Origin: Nitrospiraceae bacterium
GTDB taxonomy: Bacteria > Nitrospirota > Nitrospiria > Nitrospirales > Nitrospiraceae
Length of the DNA: 64,000 bases
Direction: 5' to 3'
Assembly: GCA_051293835.1 (NCBI GenBank)
Contig: JBPKMA010000001.1
Coordinates: 309,952 to 373,951 of the forward strand
Shown: positions 1 through 10,438 of the stretch, piece after piece
Layout: every line of letters starts with the position of its first letter
Position numbering within the stretch: position 1 is the stretch's first letter
Position numbers and translations under genes: made by a program
The notes under the pieces: generated by a model
The model's input: the letters and a program-made list of their open reading frames with translations, nothing else
Told to the model about the DNA's origin: nothing
The model's database searches: none

Positions 1-350
1 ACCGCAACCAAGGGGGCATTCTCCAGGCCGAGGTGGCGGTGCAAGCGGCGGAGGCGGATCTCAACAAAACGATCAATCAGGTGGAGAATCAAGTGGACGT
101 TGCCTATCGGAATCTGGTGCAAAGCCGGCGCCTCGTCGAAGCGTATCTAGGCGGCATCTTGGAAGATGCGCGCGCCACCTTCACGATCGTTGAACGAGCG
201 TACGAACGGGGCGGTGCCACGATCATTGATCTGCTGGATGCGGCCCGGACGTCACGGACCATCCAGCAGAACTACATCGAGGCACTATTCAATTATCAAC
301 GCAATCTCCTCCAGCTCGAGAGCGCAGTCGGGCAGGAGATCACCTCGTGA
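1..350 (+). CDS. Outer-membrane efflux factor (TolC/CzcC family), C-terminal end; 5' part lies upstream of the window
   Basis: Frame is open from the window edge to TGA 348-350. The tail IIDLLDAARTSRTIQQNYIEALFNYQRNLLQLESAVG looks like the last helical repeat of OMF proteins. The stop overlaps the GTG of the next gene (GTGA), and adaptor + RND pump genes follow. Confidence 0.75.
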   Translation, partial: RNQGGILQAEVAVQAAEADLNKTINQVENQVDVAYRNLVQSRRLVEAYLGGILEDARATFTIVERAYERGGATIIDLLDAARTSRTIQQNYIEALFNYQRNLLQLESAVGQEITS

Positions 351-1510
351 TACGCGAGATGGGAGCCAAGAAGCGAGGGGGGGCGGCGCTTGCCGTCTTG
401 TGCGCAGCGTTAATCTCCTGCGGGCGCGCCGAGGAACCCCCGCATTCCAGCGCTGCGACTCCTCCGGTGTCATCGCCGCCTGCACCGGTTGCCGAGGTGC
501 AGCCGCGCATCGAAACTGCGGTGGTGGATTACAGTTCGGTCAAGCCGGCGTTGGTGCTGGCCGGCAAGGTGGCGTACGGAGAAGATCGCTACTCGAAGAT
601 CTCGTCGCCGTTGCAGGGACGGGTCGTGGAAGTGCGCGTCCATCTGGGCGATCACGTGAAAGCCGGGGACACGCTGCTTGTGATTGACAGTCCGGACATC
701 ACGGCCGCCTACTCCGACTTCGTCAAGGAAGCCTCGGAACTGGAGTATGCGACCCGAGCCTATGAACTGGCCAAGGATCTGTACGAGACCAAAGCCCTGC
801 CCCAGAAGGACCTCAAGCAGGCGGAGAACGACTTGATCAAGGCCCGGGCGGAGTTTCGCCGGGCCAAGGAACGGCTGCTGTCACTCCGTGTGCCGGCGGC
901 CGAGTTGGAGAAACCCCTCGCCCAGCAACGTATCACCTCGCGCTTTGAAATGAAGAGCCCGCTGGCCGGTACCGTGGTGGAGCGCTTTGTCACGCCGGGT
1001 CAGTCCGTGGGCGGCGATCCGTCGCAGGTGCTGTTCACGATTGCCGATCTGGACACCTTACAAGTGGTGGCGGATGTCTACGAGCGCGACCTCGCCTTGG
1101 TCAAGGTCGGACAGGTCGCGCGCGTGACGGTCGAGGCGTATCCAGGTGTGATGTTTCCGGCCGCGATCGCCTCTATCGGCGACGTGGTCGATCCGACCAC
1201 GCGGACGATCAAGGTCCGCGCGTGGGTTAACAACGAAGACCGCAAGTTGAAGCCCGAGATGTTCGCTCGGCTGAACATCGATGTCGGCGATACCACCCCG
1301 TTTCTGGCGATTCCGAAGGAGGCGGTGTTGGAAGCCGACGGGAAGCATTTCGTCTACGTGGTGGAAGAGCCGGATCGGTACGTCAAGCGGGAGGTCAAAG
1401 TCGCCAGCGTGTCGCCCGAGCAGTTTCGGGTGCTGGAAGGGCTTTCTCCGGGCCAGCGCATCGTGGTGAAAGGCGCAGTGCTGATTAAAAACCAAGAAGT
1501 GAAGGGGTAG
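347..1510 (+). CDS. RND efflux periplasmic adaptor subunit (HlyD/CzcB-type membrane fusion lipoprotein)
   Basis: 387-aa ORF with a lipobox-like LISCG after a hydrophobic N-terminus. Lipoyl-hairpin type motifs GDTLLVIDSPDI and SPLAGTVVERFVTPGQSV, plus a coiled-coil stretch. Start is GTG 347 or ATG 359. Lies between the OMF and RND genes. Confidence 0.85.
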   Translation: MIREMGAKKRGGAALAVLCAALISCGRAEEPPHSSAATPPVSSPPAPVAEVQPRIETAVVDYSSVKPALVLAGKVAYGEDRYSKISSPLQGRVVEVRVHLGDHVKAGDTLLVIDSPDITAAYSDFVKEASELEYATRAYELAKDLYETKALPQKDLKQAENDLIKARAEFRRAKERLLSLRVPAAELEKPLAQQRITSRFEMKSPLAGTVVERFVTPGQSVGGDPSQVLFTIADLDTLQVVADVYERDLALVKVGQVARVTVEAYPGVMFPAAIASIGDVVDPTTRTIKVRAWVNNEDRKLKPEMFARLNIDVGDTTPFLAIPKEAVLEADGKHFVYVVEEPDRYVKREVKVASVSPEQFRVLEGLSPGQRIVVKGAVLIKNQEVKG

Positions 1511-1561
1511 CGTGCAGCAGCCTCACGGGGTCGCCTCGGTTGCGGATGATGGACCGAGACG

Positions 1562-4500
1562 ATGATCGCACGAATCGTTGAGATTTCTCTCCTCCAGCGG
1601 TTTTTCCTCTGCGTCACCGGCCTCGCGCTGTTTTTCGGCGGGCTCTACGCATTTCACCTCCTCGACATCGTCGCCTACCCCGATCCATCCCCGCCGATGG
1701 TGGAGTTGATCACCCAGTATCCGGGGTGGTCGGCCGAGGAGATCGAACGGCAGATCACGATCCCCATCGAGGTGGTGCTCAACGGTACCCCAGGGCTTAC
1801 TGACATCCGCTCCCTGTCCATTTTCGGTCTCAGCGACATCAAAGTCTATTTCGACTTCGGGACCGACTATTTTTTCGACCGACAGGAAGTGTTGAACCGC
1901 CTTGCAATGGTGAGCTTACCGCCGGGCGCCCAACCGATGCTTTCCCCCTGGTGGGCGCTTGCTGAGATCTATCGGTATGAACTGACCGGGGACCATGTCA
2001 GTTTGACCGATCTGAAAACCATTCAAGACTGGGAGTTGCGAAGGGAATTTCGCCGTGTACCGGGAGTCATCGATGTGACGGCCTTCGGTGGGACCACCAA
2101 GGAATATCACGTCGACATCGATCCGGGAAAGCTGATCAGTTACGGTGTGAATCTGCCCCAGGTGATGACGGCGCTCGCCAATAGCAACGCCAATGTCGGC
2201 GGCAATTATCTGACGGTCGGGGCGCAGAATTTCAACATCCGGGGACTGGGGCTTATCAACAATCTGGCGGACATCGAAAACGTGGTGGTGGCAGAAAAGG
2301 AGGGAACCCCGATTTTCGTCAAAACCTTGGGTCAGGTGTCCGTCGGCCATCGGGTGCGTCTGGGGAAGGTCGGGATCGACGATCGCGACGACGTCGTCGA
2401 GGGGGTGGTGCTGCTCCAACGCGGCTACAAAGCGCTGTCCGTGCTCGAGAAGGTCAGGGCCAAAGTCCAGGAACTGAATACCTGGAAACTGCCCGAGGGA
2501 GTGAAGATCAAAACGTTATACGACCGCACGGTTTTGATCAACACCACGGTGGAGACGGTCACGGACATCCTCATCAGCGGCATGCTCCTGGTGTTCGTCA
2601 TCCTGTTCGTATTTCTCGGCCATTTTCGCGCGGCTCTGATCGTTGCGTTGACCATTCCCCTTTCGCTGCTCTTCACATTCACCATGATGGTGCTGATCGG
2701 ACAATCCGCCAACCTCATCTCGCTCGGCGCCATCGACTTCGGCATCATCGTGGACGCGGCGTTGATCATGGTGGAGAGCATCTTCTACCATCTGGCCCAT
2801 CACCGCGGACCTGGATTGACTCCCCCGCAGCTGATCGTCCGGGCGGCCCGTCAAGTCGGGCGCCCCGTCTTTTTTTCGACGGCGATCATCGTCGTCGCGT
2901 TCATCCCCCTGTTTACGATGACCGGCGTGCCGGGCAAAATTTTCGCGCCCATGTCCATCACGTACGGCTTCGCCCTCCTGGGCGCATTGCTCATGGCCTT
3001 TACGCTGGTGCCGGTGCTCTGCTCACTGCTGTTGACTGGTCCGATCAGCGAGGAGGACACGGCCGTCGTCCGTGTGGTCCGTCGTCTGTACGCAGGGATG
3101 TTACGTTGGGCTCTGTCGCACAAGATGATCGTCGTGGGTTTTGCGGTGGCGCTGCTCGCGACGGCGCTCGTGGCGCTCAAGTTTTTGGGTGGCGAATTCA
3201 TGCCAGCGCTGGAGGAGGGCAATCTGTGGGTGCGGGCGACCATGCCAGTGGATATCTCCTTCGACCAGGCGGCTCGGCTGACGACTGAGATTCGACAGCT
3301 CTTCCGGCAATCCCCCGAAGTGACGACGGTTGTCTCACAGCTTGGGCGCCCCGACGACGGGACCGACCCCACCAGTTTTTTCAACGCGGAGTTTTTGGCC
3401 AACCTCAAGCCGCAAAAGGAATGGCGACCCGGCCTGACAAAGGAGAAACTCATCGAAGAAATCGAAACGCGGCTCAAAGCGATCCCCGGGGTCATCTTCA
3501 ACTTCTCGCAGGTGATTCAGGACAACGTCGAGGAGGCCATGTCGGGCGTTAAGGGCGAGAACTCCATTAAATTGTTTGGAACTGACTTGCGGGTGATGGA
3601 GGCGAAGGCGGTGGAGATCGAGCGGGTGATGCGACGGGTGCCGGGCGTCAAGGATCTAGGCATCTTCCGTCTGATGGGGCAACCCAACTTGCTCATCGAG
3701 GTGGATCGGGAGGCCAGCGCCCGGTATGGGCTTCAGGTCTCGGATGTCAACGCGGTGGTGCAGGCGGCCGTCGGTGGGCAGGCCGTCACGCAGGTATACG
3801 AAGGCGAACGGTTGTTTGATCTCGTCGTGCGGTTTCTTCCAGAGTTTCGGCAGGATCCCGAGGCGATCGGAAACATTCTGGTCAGCACTCCAAACGGCGC
3901 GCGCATTCCGCTCAAGCAACTGGCCAACATCACCACCCAGACCGGCGCGTTCATTATCTACCGAGAAAACAACCGCCGCTACATCCCGATCAAGTTCAGC
4001 GTGCGCGATCGGGACTTGGCCAGCACAGTGCAGGAGGCGCAGGCCCTGCTGGCCAAGGAGGTGCAGCTTCCCGAGCGGTACACTATGGAGTGGGCGGGTC
4101 AGTACGACCAGTTGAAAGACGAGCAAAAACGGCTGACCAAGGTCGTGCCGCTCAGCCTGATCATCATTCTGTTTCTCCTCTATACGGCCTTCAATTCGGT
4201 CAAGAACGCGTTGCTGGTCCTCGTCACCGTGCCCTTCGCGCTCATCGGCGGCGTACTGTCCCTGGTTGCGACGAACACGCATTTCAGCATTTCGGCGGCG
4301 GTCGGCGTGATTTCGACTCTCGGGGTGGCAATCCTAGGCGGTGTGTTGTTAATCTCTCGTATCGAGGACTTCCGCCGCTCTGGGATGTCGCTGGCGGAGT
4401 CGATCATGAAGGGAGCGGATGTTCAGATGCGGCCGATCCTGATGGCGACGCTGGCGGCGGCGATCGGGCTTTTGCCGGCGGCCGTGGCAACGGGCATCGG

Positions 4501-4642
4501 GGCGCAGGCGCAGAGGCCGCTCGCGAGGGTTGTGGTGGGCGGGATGCTGACGGCCGCGGTGCTGATTCTCCTTGTGCTGCCGGTGTTGTATGATATCGTT
4601 CACCGGCGCCGCGACAGGCGAGAGGTCTCATCCGGCGAATAG
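1562..4642 (+). CDS. Heavy-metal-efflux type RND inner-membrane pump (CzcA/CusA family)
   Basis: 1026 aa with two large periplasmic loops and about 12 hydrophobic segments. The TM4 motif AIDFGIIVDAALIMVE matches the DFG-D-E signature of HME-RND pumps. Confidence 0.9.
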   Translation: MIARIVEISLLQRFFLCVTGLALFFGGLYAFHLLDIVAYPDPSPPMVELITQYPGWSAEEIERQITIPIEVVLNGTPGLTDIRSLSIFGLSDIKVYFDFGTDYFFDRQEVLNRLAMVSLPPGAQPMLSPWWALAEIYRYELTGDHVSLTDLKTIQDWELRREFRRVPGVIDVTAFGGTTKEYHVDIDPGKLISYGVNLPQVMTALANSNANVGGNYLTVGAQNFNIRGLGLINNLADIENVVVAEKEGTPIFVKTLGQVSVGHRVRLGKVGIDDRDDVVEGVVLLQRGYKALSVLEKVRAKVQELNTWKLPEGVKIKTLYDRTVLINTTVETVTDILISGMLLVFVILFVFLGHFRAALIVALTIPLSLLFTFTMMVLIGQSANLISLGAIDFGIIVDAALIMVESIFYHLAHHRGPGLTPPQLIVRAARQVGRPVFFSTAIIVVAFIPLFTMTGVPGKIFAPMSITYGFALLGALLMAFTLVPVLCSLLLTGPISEEDTAVVRVVRRLYAGMLRWALSHKMIVVGFAVALLATALVALKFLGGEFMPALEEGNLWVRATMPVDISFDQAARLTTEIRQLFRQSPEVTTVVSQLGRPDDGTDPTSFFNAEFLANLKPQKEWRPGLTKEKLIEEIETRLKAIPGVIFNFSQVIQDNVEEAMSGVKGENSIKLFGTDLRVMEAKAVEIERVMRRVPGVKDLGIFRLMGQPNLLIEVDREASARYGLQVSDVNAVVQAAVGGQAVTQVYEGERLFDLVVRFLPEFRQDPEAIGNILVSTPNGARIPLKQLANITTQTGAFIIYRENNRRYIPIKFSVRDRDLASTVQEAQALLAKEVQLPERYTMEWAGQYDQLKDEQKRLTKVVPLSLIIILFLLYTAFNSVKNALLVLVTVPFALIGGVLSLVATNTHFSISAAVGVISTLGVAILGGVLLISRIEDFRRSGMSLAESIMKGADVQMRPILMATLAAAIGLLPAAVATGIGAQAQRPLARVVVGGMLTAAVLILLVLPVLYDIVHRRRDRREVSSGE

Positions 4643-4700
4643 ACGATGGAACGGAGACGGTGTCGATGAATCGAGGCGATGTCGGGGAGGGAAGTGTGCC

Positions 4701-5507
4701 ATGAGTGCGAGCGCGAGACTGTTAGCGGCGATATTGATCAGCGCGGTGCCGATATGGGGCGCTGCGCGCGCGGCGGCGGCCGGAGCGAGCCATCCAATAA
4801 TTGTTCCTGTTCAGATTCCGTACGAGCCTCTGCCCAGTCCGGAGGCCGTTCCGGATACATCGGTTCCGCAGAATACCAAACCCCTGAGCCAGGAGGAATT
4901 GCAGCGCGCGGAGGCGCTGCTTCCTCTGCTGGAAGGTAAACAAGAATTCTGGGCGATGGGAGAGTTCGTGCATCTGGGGGAGCCGGTGGTGCCGGTCCTG
5001 GTCAAGGCCTTGACCATGCCGGGTCCGCGGCTCCGCTACAACGCCATCGAGACGCTGTCCATGTTGAAGGCAACGGCGGCTGTGCCCGCGTTGCTGGAGA
5101 CCGCCAAGCAGCCGAACGAAATGCCCAGAATCCGTGAGCACGCCTTGCGGGTGGCAGTGAGGTTGGATCCTTTGCAGGCGCCCGCCGCTATTGAGCTGAT
5201 GGCCAAAGACCCAAATCCAACTATCCGGAAAACCGCTGCGTTCGAATCTCGCTATGTCCGCCACAAGGCAGTGATTCCTGTGCTGATTTCGCTGTTGTCT
5301 GACGAGGAGCGCTTCGTTGCGATCTCTGCAATCCATTCGCTCTGGTTGTTGACGCGACACGAGAGCGAGATGCACGACTGGGAAGCTTCGACGCAGCAGG
5401 AGCGACAAGAGTGGGCGCAGGAATGGATCGATTGGTGGAACGCGAGCAAAGAAACCTTTGAATTGCCGGAGCCGAGGAGGTCGAAGGGGGGTGCTCCGCG
5501 AGGGTAA
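4701..5507 (+). CDS. Secreted HEAT/PBS-lyase-like repeat protein
   Basis: ATG 4701 is preceded by GGGGAGGGAAG. Signal peptide MSASARLLAAILISAVPIWGAARA. Repeated ~30-aa helical units (VPVLVKALT.., AVPALLETAK.., AIELMAKDPNPTIRKTAA, VIPVLISLLSDEE). The longer ORF from 4572 overlaps the pump gene and is unlikely to be real. Confidence 0.6.
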   Translation: MSASARLLAAILISAVPIWGAARAAAAGASHPIIVPVQIPYEPLPSPEAVPDTSVPQNTKPLSQEELQRAEALLPLLEGKQEFWAMGEFVHLGEPVVPVLVKALTMPGPRLRYNAIETLSMLKATAAVPALLETAKQPNEMPRIREHALRVAVRLDPLQAPAAIELMAKDPNPTIRKTAAFESRYVRHKAVIPVLISLLSDEERFVAISAIHSLWLLTRHESEMHDWEASTQQERQEWAQEWIDWWNASKETFELPEPRRSKGGAPRG

Positions 5508-5607
5508 GGCGTGCGGAGCGGATGACTCTGCGTCTTGTCGCCGTCGATAGGGCTATGTTATAACCACAACCGGCGCTCCGCCTGACTTTTTTTGAAAAGA
5601 GTTCCGT

Positions 5608-6138
5608 ATGGCAGTGTTGAAGATTGCCAAGCTCGGTAATCCGGTTCTCAGAAAAATCGCGGCCCCGGTCGATCCCGCCGACATTCGGACACCGCCGTTC
5701 CAGCGGTTCATCGACGACATGTTCGACACAATGTACGATGCGGAAGGCATCGGGCTAGCGGCCCCGCAAGTGTCGCGGTCGCAGCAAGTGGTGGTCATGG
5801 AATGCCCGGGTGAAAGCGGATTCCCCAAGACCGTGCTGATTAACCCGACCATCCTCTATTATGGCCCCAATCAGGTCGAGAGCTGGGAAGGCTGCTTGAG
5901 CATCGACGGACTGAGGGGCAAAGTGAGCAGGCCGTCAATGGTGCGGGTGAAAGGATTGGACCGCTACGGGGCTCCCGTTGACTTCGAGGCAACCGGTCTC
6001 TACGCGGTCTGCATTCAGCACGAGCTCGATCACCTGATTGGCAAGCTCTTCCTCGACCGGATGACCGATCTGTCTACGCTGACCCAGTTGGAAGAGTTCG
6101 ACCATTATTGGAGAAAGGAAACCGTGGCCGTCATCTAG
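5608..6138 (+). CDS. def: Peptide deformylase
   Basis: 176 aa with all three deformylase motifs: GIGLAAPQV, EGCLS and HELDH. Confidence 0.93.
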   Translation: MAVLKIAKLGNPVLRKIAAPVDPADIRTPPFQRFIDDMFDTMYDAEGIGLAAPQVSRSQQVVVMECPGESGFPKTVLINPTILYYGPNQVESWEGCLSIDGLRGKVSRPSMVRVKGLDRYGAPVDFEATGLYAVCIQHELDHLIGKLFLDRMTDLSTLTQLEEFDHYWRKETVAVI

Positions 6139-6226
6139 CAGCCGAAGGGGATGCTGAACCAGGCATACCGTTGAATCGTCATTCATCCAGAATTTACGAT
6201 CAGAATTCACAATTCATAATTTTCGA

Positions 6227-7951
6227 GTGCACTCCCTCCTCCGTGTTCTCACGTATCTAAAACCCTATCGCCTTCTCGCGTTCATCACGCTGAGTTTCGC
6301 TGGGCTTGCCACGGCGATGGAACTGGTGCCGCCCTGGCTGGTCAAGGTCGTCATCGACGACGTGATCACGGCCCGCCGGCCGGAATTGCTGCCGTGGGCC
6401 CTGGGCGGACTGCTGTTGGCCTACGGACTCAAAAACCTGTGCGCTTCCCTGCGCATCCGGTTCAATAATACGCTCGAGCAACGGGTCGTGCACGATCTGC
6501 GGGCACAGGTCTTCGCAGCGCTGCAACGCCTCTCGCTCAGCTATTTCGAGAACCGCTCGACCGGCGAAATCATGTCCCGGGTCAATAACGATACGGAACA
6601 TGTCGAACGCATTTTCATCGATGGTTTGGAGGGCATGCTGACCGCGTCGCTGACGTTGGTGGGCATTACGATCATGCTGTTTACGCTGAATTGGAAACTC
6701 GCGCTGCTGTCTCTGTTGCCGATTCCTATTCTGATCGTGTCCGCGCTGAAGTTCACGGCGCGGGTGCATACCTATTACCACCGCATCCGGAAGAGCGCCG
6801 CGGAGCTGAACGCCTATTTGCAAGATGCGTTGTCCGGTATCAGGGAAACGATGGGATTCAATCAGCAGGCTTATGAACAGCAGCGGTTCAACCGGCTTAG
6901 TCAGGAATACAGCCGAAGCAATCTCCAGGCGATGCGTCTCTGGTCGATCTACTCACCGGGAATGATCTTCACGGGCAGTATGGGCACATTGCTGATCCTG
7001 TGGTACGGGACCGGTGAGGTGTTGGCCGGAGCACTCACAGTCGGCGAGTTGGTCATGTTTTTGTCCTATCTGGCGCTGTTTTATGTTCCGATCAATCAAA
7101 TCCATTCCGTCAACCATATGCTGCAGCATGCGCTCGCGGCCAGCGAGCGAGTGTTCGACGTGTTGGACACCGTGCCGGAAGTCCGAGATCGGCCCGGAAC
7201 GATCCGGCCGGCAGTGCGTTTGCGGGGCGAAGTCCGTTTCGATCGGGTCTCGTTTCACTATCGTCCGGACACACCCGTGCTGACGGACGTCATACTGGCA
7301 GTGAAACCTGGCGAGCGGGTGGCGCTGGTCGGTCCGAGCGGGGCGGGCAAGAGTACGATGCTCAAGCTTCTCCTGCGATTTTACGACGTCCGGTCCGGCT
7401 CGATCACGATCGACGGCTACGATCTGCGGGATTTGCCGCTCGCCTTTCTTCGGAGTCAGATCGGGCTGGTGCAGCAGGAGCCGTTTTTATTCAACGGCAC
7501 CGTTCGCGAGAATATCGCGTATGGTGATCTGTCCGCGGATCGAGAAAAACTCGAAGCCGCGGCCCGGGCGGCCCGCGCTCACGAGTTCATCATGGATCTG
7601 CCGGAGGGGTACGATACCTGGATTGGGGAGCGAGGGGTCAAGCTCTCGGTGGGGCAGAAGCAACGGGTCTCCATCGCGCGCGTCCTCCTGAAAGACCCGC
7701 CCATCGTGATCTTCGATGAGGCGACGTCCAATATCGACACGGAAACCGAGGTGAAAATCCGCGAAGCTTTGAACCATTTGACTCGCGGGCGGACGACGTT
7801 CATCATCGCCCACCGATTGTCAACGCTCCACGATGTCGACCGCATTGTCGTGATGGAGCGCGGCCGGATTGTCGAGGAGGGTGCACACGAGGAGTTACTG
7901 AATCGGGGTGGGGTGTACGCGGGGCTGTACGAGGCTCAGTTTCAGGTCTAG
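6227..7951 (+). CDS. ABC exporter, fused permease/ATPase (MsbA/multidrug type)
   Basis: 574 aa. N-terminal six-helix TMD. Walker A GPSGAGKST, signature LSVGQKQRVSIAR, Walker B IVIFDEATS, H-loop IIAHRLST. Confidence 0.9.
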   Translation: MHSLLRVLTYLKPYRLLAFITLSFAGLATAMELVPPWLVKVVIDDVITARRPELLPWALGGLLLAYGLKNLCASLRIRFNNTLEQRVVHDLRAQVFAALQRLSLSYFENRSTGEIMSRVNNDTEHVERIFIDGLEGMLTASLTLVGITIMLFTLNWKLALLSLLPIPILIVSALKFTARVHTYYHRIRKSAAELNAYLQDALSGIRETMGFNQQAYEQQRFNRLSQEYSRSNLQAMRLWSIYSPGMIFTGSMGTLLILWYGTGEVLAGALTVGELVMFLSYLALFYVPINQIHSVNHMLQHALAASERVFDVLDTVPEVRDRPGTIRPAVRLRGEVRFDRVSFHYRPDTPVLTDVILAVKPGERVALVGPSGAGKSTMLKLLLRFYDVRSGSITIDGYDLRDLPLAFLRSQIGLVQQEPFLFNGTVRENIAYGDLSADREKLEAAARAARAHEFIMDLPEGYDTWIGERGVKLSVGQKQRVSIARVLLKDPPIVIFDEATSNIDTETEVKIREALNHLTRGRTTFIIAHRLSTLHDVDRIVVMERGRIVEEGAHEELLNRGGVYAGLYEAQFQV

Positions 7952-8026
7952 CCGCCAGCTGGCACGCCGATTGCGTGCTCTCCCGCTACGTGACTATACT
8001 CTGGATCGGTCGATGAAGGGCTGACG

Positions 8027-8221
8027 ATGGTGTTGGTGTACGAGAGCGATCCGTTGGACAGCGAGCATGCGCGAGGACATTTTTACCACGTCTGTCTGGG
8101 GCGTCTCGACCGCAATGAGCTGACGGTGCCTCCGCCGGACAAGCCGTACGAGTGCCCTCGCTGCGGCGTGGAGTTGGAGGCAGAAGACTTCAGGGTCGCT
8201 CAATACAGGGGATCGGTGTAA
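8027..8221 (+). CDS. Small hypothetical protein with a possible zinc-ribbon knuckle
   Basis: 64-aa ORF containing HVCLG...CPRCG. No family recognised; coding status is uncertain. Confidence 0.35.
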   Translation: MVLVYESDPLDSEHARGHFYHVCLGRLDRNELTVPPPDKPYECPRCGVELEAEDFRVAQYRGSV

Positions 8222-8591
8222 GTGAGCATGAATCGCTGCGCGCTACCCGTGAATCGGAGCTCCGGTCGAATCTCGTCGGTTCGCGGATAACGGTTCATGG
8301 ACGCCGGAAGATCCATGCCGGGAAACACAGGCCGAAAGACGGTGTCGGTGATGCGAGGCCTCGTTACGGCGAAGTCGTCAAGGACCAGCTCGTGGACGCC
8401 AGGCATTACGTGGCTGATCACGAAGCGTTGTTCGCTATGATCTGTCCGGGATGAATGACATCAATCGCCCGCTGATCGCCGACTGCTAGACAGCTCGGAG
8501 TGAGCATCACCCGCTGTCTTGCGACAGCCAGCTCCCGGCACTTGCCTTTCATTGCTTTTCTCGGGCGTCCTGCCGCGCGCCTCTCGTCCGT

Positions 8592-8927
8592 TCAATGGCA
8601 CGTCTTGCCATCGAAGAATTTGCAGGCGGATTCCCCACCCGTGACTTTCCAGGTCTTCAGCAACGGCGGCTTGTCGGGACGTAACTCCACGACGATGTCG
8701 ACTAGTGTCATCAGCGGCAGCTTGTCCATGTGTGGCTTCGCCTCCTCCGGCAGCTCGACCCAGAAGACTGCGCCGCTGTCTGAGATCACTATACGGCCGT
8801 TCTGTTTGTCGATCTGGATGATCGGGCTGTAGAAGCTTTTCTCCACGGCGGAACCGACGGTGGACCAGCCGAGAAGAAAAGCCAGGACCATAAAGACGAT
8901 GAATCCGATCAGGGGTGTGCGTGGCAT
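8592..8927 (-). CDS. Hypothetical membrane-anchored protein
   Basis: 111 aa. GGAGGG lies about 7 nt upstream of the ATG. N-terminal TM helix LIGFIVFMVLAFLLGW. No family recognised. Confidence 0.5.
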   Translation of the reverse strand: MPRTPLIGFIVFMVLAFLLGWSTVGSAVEKSFYSPIIQIDKQNGRIVISDSGAVFWVELPEEAKPHMDKLPLMTLVDIVVELRPDKPPLLKTWKVTGGESACKFFDGKTCH

Positions 8928-9037
8928 GACGAAACCCTCCGCTCAAGTGATGAGATAAAAGGTACGGGGTGGATAACGGCCCAATAGTACATGAAACTGT
9001 CCCGGACGAAAAGGCGTGAAATGCGTGGGAGGGGTCG

Positions 9038-9550
9038 TCAGATCGTTTGAACCTCTGCCGGTATCACCTGGCCCTTCCGGATCCAGTACGTCCGGATGTC
9101 CGGCCTGGCCTTGTCTTGAAGCGAAATAAGCAGATAGGCGGGGACGGAGAGGTTGATCTTCCCCCAGTAGTCTTCATAGTCGGTTGCGATTTTGATATCC
9201 GTGACCGACGGGCGGGCCGGATCGTTGGGGTGGGAGTGGTAGACGACCTGCAGATCCAGGCCCTGCTTCCTCATATCCTTCTGAGCGAGCGCCAGGTCGT
9301 GAGAGTCCATGACGAAGGCGATCTCTGCCCGTTCCTGAGGTGAGAGTCGCTGCAAGTGGGCGGCCTTGGCTTCATCGAACCCCGCCAGCTTTTCCGCCTC
9401 GTCGAGCGCGACCACGTTTCGGATCCGGTAGATGTGCGTGACGGTCCGATCTTTTCCGGCCAACAGCCCGCAACACTCGTAAGGAGCGAGCTCCCGAGCA
9501 TGCGCCACTATTTCGTCCAGAATGTGCCGGGGGATCGATAAGTCGGGCAC
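9038..9550 (-). CDS. JAMM/MPN+ (Mov34) metalloprotease, Mec/HcyD/QbsD-like
   Basis: Catalytic Glu context PYECCGLLAG and metal motif VVYHSHPNDPARPSVTD. I chose GTG at 9550, 2 nt after the stop of the upstream E1 gene. The tracked ATG at 9625 would overlap that gene by 73 nt. Last gene of the sulfur-carrier operon. Confidence 0.85.
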   Translation of the reverse strand: MPDLSIPRHILDEIVAHARELAPYECCGLLAGKDRTVTHIYRIRNVVALDEAEKLAGFDEAKAAHLQRLSPQERAEIAFVMDSHDLALAQKDMRKQGLDLQVVYHSHPNDPARPSVTDIKIATDYEDYWGKINLSVPAYLLISLQDKARPDIRTYWIRKGQVIPAEVQTI

Positions 9551-9552
9551 GG

Positions 9553-10356
9553 TCAGACGCTGCAGGTGACAGTGTAGTGCCCGCCCAGATCGGTGATGGT
9601 TGGGTGTGTCCCGCAGAGCGGGCAACCGGGGTCTTTCGGTCGGGACACCTTTCGGAACTTCATTTCCAGCGCGTCATAGATCACCAGCCGATCGGCCAAC
9701 GTTTCGCCGATGCCGAGGATTTCCTTAATCGCTTCGGATGCCTGTAAGACCCCAATGGTGCCAGCGAGCACGCCCAAGACCCCGGCTTCCTGGCAATTCG
9801 GCACCAGCCCAGCCGGAGGCGGCTCCGGGTAGAGGCAACGATAGCAGGGGTAGCCTTCGTGCGGCTTGACGGTGGTCAACTGACCTTCGAATCGGAAAAT
9901 GCTGCCCGAGATAAGGGTCTTCTTGGCGAAGAAGCATGCGTCGTTGACCAGGAAGCGGGTCGAGAAATTGTCGGAGCCGTCCAGGATGAGGTCATACTCG
10001 TGCAGCAGACCCATGATGTTGTCGGCGTCGACGTGGAATTGATACGTCTTGACCGTCACGTCCGGGTTCAACGCCGCCAGGGTCTTGAGCCCAGACTCCA
10101 CCTTGGGCTTTCCGACCGAAGCGGTGGTGTGCAGGATCTGGCGCTGGAGGTTCGACAGGTCGACGACGTCGCCGTCCACCAGCCCGATCGTGCCGACGCC
10201 GGCGGCGGCAAGATACAGCGCGGCGGGGGAACCCAACCCGCCGGCGCCGATCACCAGCACCTTGGCCCGTGCCAGCTTCTTCTGTCCCTTCCCGCCGACT
10301 TCCTGCAGGATGATATGCCGGCTGTACCGCTGAATCTGTTCGTCGGTGAAGTCCAT
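9553..10356 (-). CDS. ThiF/MoeB-family E1-like adenylyltransferase (copy 1), no rhodanese domain
   Basis: 267 aa. N-terminus MDFTDEQIQRYSRHIIL, nucleotide loop VIGAGGLGSP, two CxxC pairs (CYRC, CPLCG). Confidence 0.9.
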   Translation of the reverse strand: MDFTDEQIQRYSRHIILQEVGGKGQKKLARAKVLVIGAGGLGSPAALYLAAAGVGTIGLVDGDVVDLSNLQRQILHTTASVGKPKVESGLKTLAALNPDVTVKTYQFHVDADNIMGLLHEYDLILDGSDNFSTRFLVNDACFFAKKTLISGSIFRFEGQLTTVKPHEGYPCYRCLYPEPPPAGLVPNCQEAGVLGVLAGTIGVLQASEAIKEILGIGETLADRLVIYDALEMKFRKVSRPKDPGCPLCGTHPTITDLGGHYTVTCSV

Positions 10357-10438
10357 CTCGCGCGTCGTGCGTTGCTCGTGAGACGTGATGCGCCGCCCTG
10401 CACGGGATATGCCTCATGAGGGACGCTTCAAGGGATCA

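Noticed and set aside
8200-8421. 73-aa minus-strand ORF (GTG start) in the spacer after the small zinc-ribbon gene
   Set aside because: Third-position GC looks coding-like. However there is no RBS and no recognisable family, and its 3' end overlaps the convergent ORF at 8027-8221. The evidence is insufficient to annotate it.
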